From contig NC_057757.1 of the NCBI RefSeq assembly GCF_004010195.1, forward strand, positions 2,503,292-2,555,262: DNA of 51,971 nucleotides. The letters run 5' to 3'. A program made the position numbers and the translations under genes. The stretch's first letter is position 1. Every line of letters starts with the position of its first letter. The notes under the pieces were generated by a model that saw only the letters and a list, made by a program, of their open reading frames with translations, was not told the origin of the DNA and made no database searches. Source of the stretch: Chiloscyllium plagiosum. Taxonomy: Eukaryota. Below, piece by piece: positions 47,171 to 51,971 of this stretch.

Positions 47171-47809
47171 TGATCATATTGGTAAAATCTAATCTATCAG
47201 AAAGGTAAGTTTCATTTGCTTAGCACTGTCGGGAGTTTTTGGGAGTTGGGCTGTTGTTGCTCGGCAAGCAAGCCAAGACAGTGGTTTCCAGTGGACCAAA
47301 CTGTTTTGGTATTGGTTAAGGGTGGGGGGAGAAAACGAAGTGGGAAGTGGAATGTTGGCCTGAACACGAGAAATTATGACTCTCCACCTGTTGCCATAGG
47401 GATGCGATTTGGCAGGCCAGGTCCGGGTTTAATATCCTGTCCCAAGCCTGGCATCTCAATAGCACAGCCCTGAATCAGACTGGAAGGAATTGTATATGAG
47501 GGGCTCCTGCTGTGGGACTCAAACCCAGCATTTGTCAGCTTCATTACCCTGTGAAGCACTTTGGAAATGTCCTGAGGTAGTCTGGAAATGCGAGTTTGAT
47601 TCCTTTTCCCTTTGCTGAAGCAGTTGAGTTTTTGTTGTTGTAGGTGTTCATCTTGGAGGTTGTGTATGGAATGTCAGAATGCTAAAGCATAGCAGAAAGG
47701 TATTTATCCCAGCCTCCCTGCTGACACTTCAACAGAGCCATCCGATTCATCCCACTCCTGTGTTCTTTCTCTTCAGCCCTGTAAATATGCTGGAAACCAT
47801 GTCACTCCA

Positions 47810-49322
47810 GCAGGTTTTGAGCAGATTTGTAGCTCACATTGAAGTTCTGGATGTAGGTTTGCTCGCTGAGCTGGAAGGTTCGTTTTCAGACATTTCGTCA
47901 CCATATTGGGTAACATCTTCAGTGAGCCTCCGGGTGAAGCACTGGTGGCAAGGCCCGCTTTCTATTTATGTTAGGTTTCCTTGGGCAGGTAATGTCACTT
48001 CCTTTGGTGACGCCATTTCCTATGGTGACATCATTTCCGGTTCTTTTTGTCAGGAGGTGGTAAATGGGTTCCAAGTCAATGTGTTGTTGACAGAGTTCCA
48101 GCTGGAATGCCATGTTTCTAGGAATTCTTATGTGTGCCTCTGTTTGGCTTGTCCTAGGATGGAGGTGTTGTCCCAGTCGAAGTGGTGTCCTTTCTCATGC
48201 GTATGTAAGGATACTAGTGAGAGAGAGTCATGTCGTTTTGTGACTAGTTGATGTTCATGTATTCTGGTGGCTAGTTTTCTGCCTATTTGTCCAATATAGT
48301 GTTTGTTACAGTTCTTGCATGGTATTTTGTAAATGACATTAGTTTTGTTTGTCTGTATAGAGTCTTTCAAGTTCATGAGCTGCTGTTTTAGTGTGTTGGT
48401 GGGTTTGTGGGCTACCATGATGCTAAGGGGTCTGAGTAGTCTGGTAGTCATTTCAGTCTGACCACATACTGAACTACAGAAGCAATCATCCCAACACCCA
48501 CAAACAAAGTTGTATTAGAACATTATTTCAATGAGTCACCACACACTGCAGCACACAGGAACTACAAAGAGCAGAGGAAAATCACCTATACAGCGTATTC
48601 AAAAAGAACAGGTAACTAATGAACACAGTCCGCTGATTTCTCTCAGCAACAAACCCAAACAAGCAGACAAAACACGTCCAGAAACCCTAGCCACTCTCCC
48701 CTACATCGAAGATATCTCGGAAATGACTGCCAGACTCCTCAGACCCCTTGGCATCATGGTAACCCACAAACCCATCAACACACTAAAACAGCTGCTAATG
48801 AACTTGAAAGACTCTATACAGACAACAAACAAAGCTAACTTCATTTACAAAATACTGTGCAGGAACTGTAACAAACACTACATTGGAGACAGACAGGCAG
48901 AAAACTAGCCACCAGGATACATGAACATCAACTAGCCACAAAACGACATGACCCACTATCACTGGTATCCTCACATACAGATGAGGAAGGACACCACTTC
49001 GACTGGGACAACACATCCATCCTAGGACAAGCCAAACAGAGACACTCATGAAAATTCCTAGAAGCATGGCATTCCAACTGGAACTCTATCGACAAACACA
49101 TCGAGTTAGTCCCCATCTACCACCCCAAGAAAAAGAACAGGAAGTGACTTCACCGCAGGAAATAACATCACCACAGGAAATGACATCACCAACCCAAACA
49201 TATAAATGGAAAGCAGGAATTTTCAGCATTGCTTCGCCTGAGGCCCACTGAAGATGGTACCTAGTAGGGTAATGAAACGTCTGGAAATGAGCCTATCAGC
49301 TCAGTGAGCAAACCTACATCCA
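47810..49322. mobile_element. Inverted (head-to-head) pair of Penelope-like GIY-YIG element 3' halves (family C)
   Basis: Minus 47810-48455 and plus 48456-49322 both encode NVIYKIPCKNCNKHYIGQ..RKLATRIHEHQL; the plus copy carries CCA-CTGAAGA-T-GGTACC-tagtag-GGTAAT-GAAACGTC-TGG at 49245-49284. Confidence 0.9.
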
Positions 49323-49329
49323 TCGTGTC

Positions 49330-49575
49330 ATGCTTCCCAAGCTTTTTGTCTTGCATTCATCAGGACAAATGCACGAATGCCAATTTTTAAATGATTGCAA
49401 CAGTGTAACTTCTTGTCATCAGGGAAAGCGTAAGAAGCAGATTTTATCAAATTGCAGAGCAGTTTTGAGGGCACCCTCCTCCTAATTTATGAGTATTCGA
49501 CGTGCAAATTGTTTGAAGTTTGGCATTCTTGCACATGTCCTGATGAACGCAAGACTGAAAGCTTCAGTCATGTTT
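49330..49575. mobile_element. Short inverted-repeat element with decayed hammerhead-like motifs (family D)
   Basis: aagctttttgtcttgcattcatcaggacaaatgcacgaatgccaa is the reverse complement of ttggcattcttgcacatgtcCTGATGAacgcaagactGAAAGCTTC; related fragment at ~5320-5352. Confidence 0.65.
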
Positions 49576-49710
49576 TCAGCCACATTCAAGAGTTCTGTGC
49601 TGCAGAATGACGTCTGAATGTCTTTCCATGATGCCCTTGCTGTGGTACAGAATTGACAGCATGCCTTGTGGGGCCCGTGTATCTGAGTTTCTGTTTCTCT
49701 TGTTCTCCAG

Positions 49711-49806
49711 GCTACAGTGGAGGAGCCGATAATTCACAACGATGAAGTTATCTTTCCGCTGTCAGTGGCTCTGGACAAGCTTCCGGTGGGAACCATAAAG
49801 GCAAAG
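49711..49806 (+). CDS. TRAPPC14: TRAPPC14 coding exon 2
   Basis: Acceptor tttctcttgttctccag|gct and donor aag|gtgaga; ATVEEPIIHNDEVIFPLSVALDKLPVGTIKAK versus recalled human LPVEEPIVSTDEVIFPLTVSLDRLPPGTPKAK; phase 0 matches exon 1. Confidence 0.93.
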
Positions 49807-49970
49807 GTGAGAGACTTAATTGTCTGCGAGATGGGTGCGTGTCAGAGCCAGCCCCTCTTTCTGAATATATGCAGGTCTCGCACTCACTCCTCAGAAATGT
49901 ATCCCCCCCCCACCAGCACAGTTCAGGGGCTGGTTGTAGAACTGGTCTATACCTGTCCAGAATAGAGTGG

Positions 49971-50525
49971 AAACTGCTGAAAATGTGTTGCTGGAAAAGC
50001 TCAGCAGGTCAGGCAGCATCCAAGGAACAGGAGAATCGACGTTTTGGGCATAAGCCCTTCAGGAATGAGGAAAGTGTGTCCAGCAGGCTAAGATAAAAGG
50101 TAGGGAGGAGGGACTTGGGGGAGGGGCGTTGGAAATGCGATAGGTGGAANNNNNNNNNNNNNNNNNNNNNNNNNNNNNNNNNNNNNNNNNNNNNNNNNNN
50201 NNNNNNNNNNNNNNNNNNNNNNNNNNNNNNNNNNNNNNNNNNNNNNNNNNNNNNNNNNNNNNNNNNNNNNNNNNNNNNNNNNNNNNNNNNNNNNNNNNNN
50301 NNNNNNNNNNNNNNNNNNNNNNNNNNNNNNNNNNNNNNNNNNNNNNNNNNNNNNNNNNNNCAGCCTTGATCTCCAGCATCTGCAGTCCTCACTTTCTCCT
50401 TGAAGATTTTAACCTACTGCGAATCCTCTTACAAGGATGCCTTCCTTGAAGAAGCTCTCTTCCTCCCTCTACAAGGATTTCAGTGAGTCCCTCTCTCACT
50501 GCACACCCCAGGTCATCTCCTCTGC
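49971..50525. mobile_element. Family A Penelope-like insertion with inverted arm, internal gap and extended 3' tail
   Basis: 14-bp TSD ccagaatagagtgg at 49957-49970 and 50526-50539. Confidence 0.85.
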
Positions 50526-51034
50526 CCAGAATAGAGTGGCCCATACAAAATGGCCGACAGACAAAAGAGAGGCAGCCTACCTTAGAATTAAACACAAGGT
50601 GGCTGAGGGGAGATAAACAAGAGTAACAGTCTGTTCCAGTCTTTAGTTAAAGAAAACAATAACATCTTTGAACAGTACCACTCCCCGGCCATAAGTACAC
50701 GATTCTGAGCAGTTTTGGATAACAGCATTGCGTCATACAGACAAGCGACCAACCCTGACCTTCTGTAATGAAAGAATAATTGTAAATGGAAGATTTACTC
50801 CCTCAGAATGACAGCTAAAGTTATAGTATTTCTTTAGAGTGACTCAGAACGTTAAAAATCAATAGGTTCTAGTTAAAGATGTTTTAGAATCATGGAGATA
50901 GGTTTCAACCTAAAATATATACATCTTACCAACGCTTAGTAAAAGTGTTAAAGAAAAAGCATTTTGATCCAGATGTGAAGTTAACTAGCTTTAGGAAAAT
51001 GGCTTTTTTTATATGCTGAACCAATCAGATTGTT

Positions 51035-51210
51035 GGGCGAAAGTGAGGGCTGCAGATGCTAGAGATTAGAGTCAAGATTAGAGTGGTGCTGGAAAAGCAC
51101 AGCAGGACAGGCAGCATCTGTGGAGCAGGAAAATCGGCGTTTCAGGCAGGAGCCCTTCGTATGAAATCCTGATGAAGGGCCCCTGCCTGAAACGTTGATT
51201 TTCCTGCTCG
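51035..51210. mobile_element. Fold-back family A insertion with an intact + strand hammerhead motif (51166-51199)
   Basis: TSD tcagattgtt at 51025-51034 and 51211-51220; ATC-CTGATGA-A-GGGC-ccct-GCCT-GAAACGTT-GAT. Confidence 0.85.
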
Positions 51211-51971
51211 TCAGATTGTTCACAGCCCATTAACCACAAACTGCTGAAGTAGAGTTAGTTATGTGACTTTAACATTTTATAACTAACTTTGTAACAGAAA
51301 TCAGTGTTACAAATCTCAGAGCAACTAGCTAAAACTAACTGTCTTTTGTATTTTTACACATTAGGTCAGTGGGAAATATGAGGAATAACTGAATTTGATA
51401 AAGACAGGATATGAGAACTAATAAATAACAATTCCAACAGTCTGTACAGATAAAGCCAGCCTGAAAGGTCTGAAGAAGTGTCGCATTTAACATTGGAATA
51501 CGAATGATTAAGATGCATAGAAAGATCCCAAGGCCTAGAGGTTATATTGCCTGTTAAACACCATGAGGCTGCCCAGAGGGATGCCCATCATTGATTCAGT
51601 GTTTTACATGATCCGGTACATGGATTAGGAGGCAAGGGCTGTAACCACATTGTGTGTGATTATTGTACTACAGAAATGTATAAAAAATACTGCTTTTTAA
51701 TGTACATGTTAGAAGGTGTCATTAATCTATCTTCTGATCTGAGCCAAAGATGAAGCAAATAACTGAGTTCGTACCTTGAGGCATGATTCAAGGAAGATCC
51801 TTTGGCCCTCTCTCTCCCTGCTTTAACTGGTTTCTATGAATAAACAACTTACACTTGCCTGATGTCTTCCTTCCTCCTGAGTTTTCATTCCCTGTCAGGG
51901 GAAAATGCTCTCTCGTTCCCCTTCCCCTCTCTTGCACTCCCCATCTCCCCCCCCCGCTCCTCTTTCTCCCC

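Overview
Repeat-dense eukaryotic DNA, very probably from a cartilaginous fish (shark): HE1-type V-SINEs and CR1-clade HER1-like LINE 3' ends are everywhere. Two spliced + strand host genes are visible. The first is the last two coding exons of a galactose-3-O-sulfotransferase (GAL3ST4-like, 958-1270 and 2485-3306). The second is exons 1-2 of TRAPPC14/C7orf43 (22702-23259, 49711-49806), separated by a 26.4 kb intron; gene order and orientation match what I recall for human. The rest is mostly decayed retroelements (CR1/HER1, Rex1/Babar, Tx1-like, RTE-like, two or more SINE families, Penelope-like GIY-YIG elements), minisatellites and a tRNA-Thr(AGT) pseudogene. The most striking signal is roughly 20 intact or decayed minimal hammerhead-ribozyme motifs (CTGANGA-N-stem II-GAAA-palindrome-TH). 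They fall into 4-5 sequence families with covarying stems. They sit in short, often fold-back, TSD-flanked insertions that can be traced to the 3' ends of Penelope-like elements in the same window. Also notable are a SINE with a 3' transduction, poly(A) tail and 19-bp TSD, and recurrent 53-bp minisatellites born inside SINEs. All family assignments are by eye and from memory, no searches were run, and repeat boundaries are approximate.
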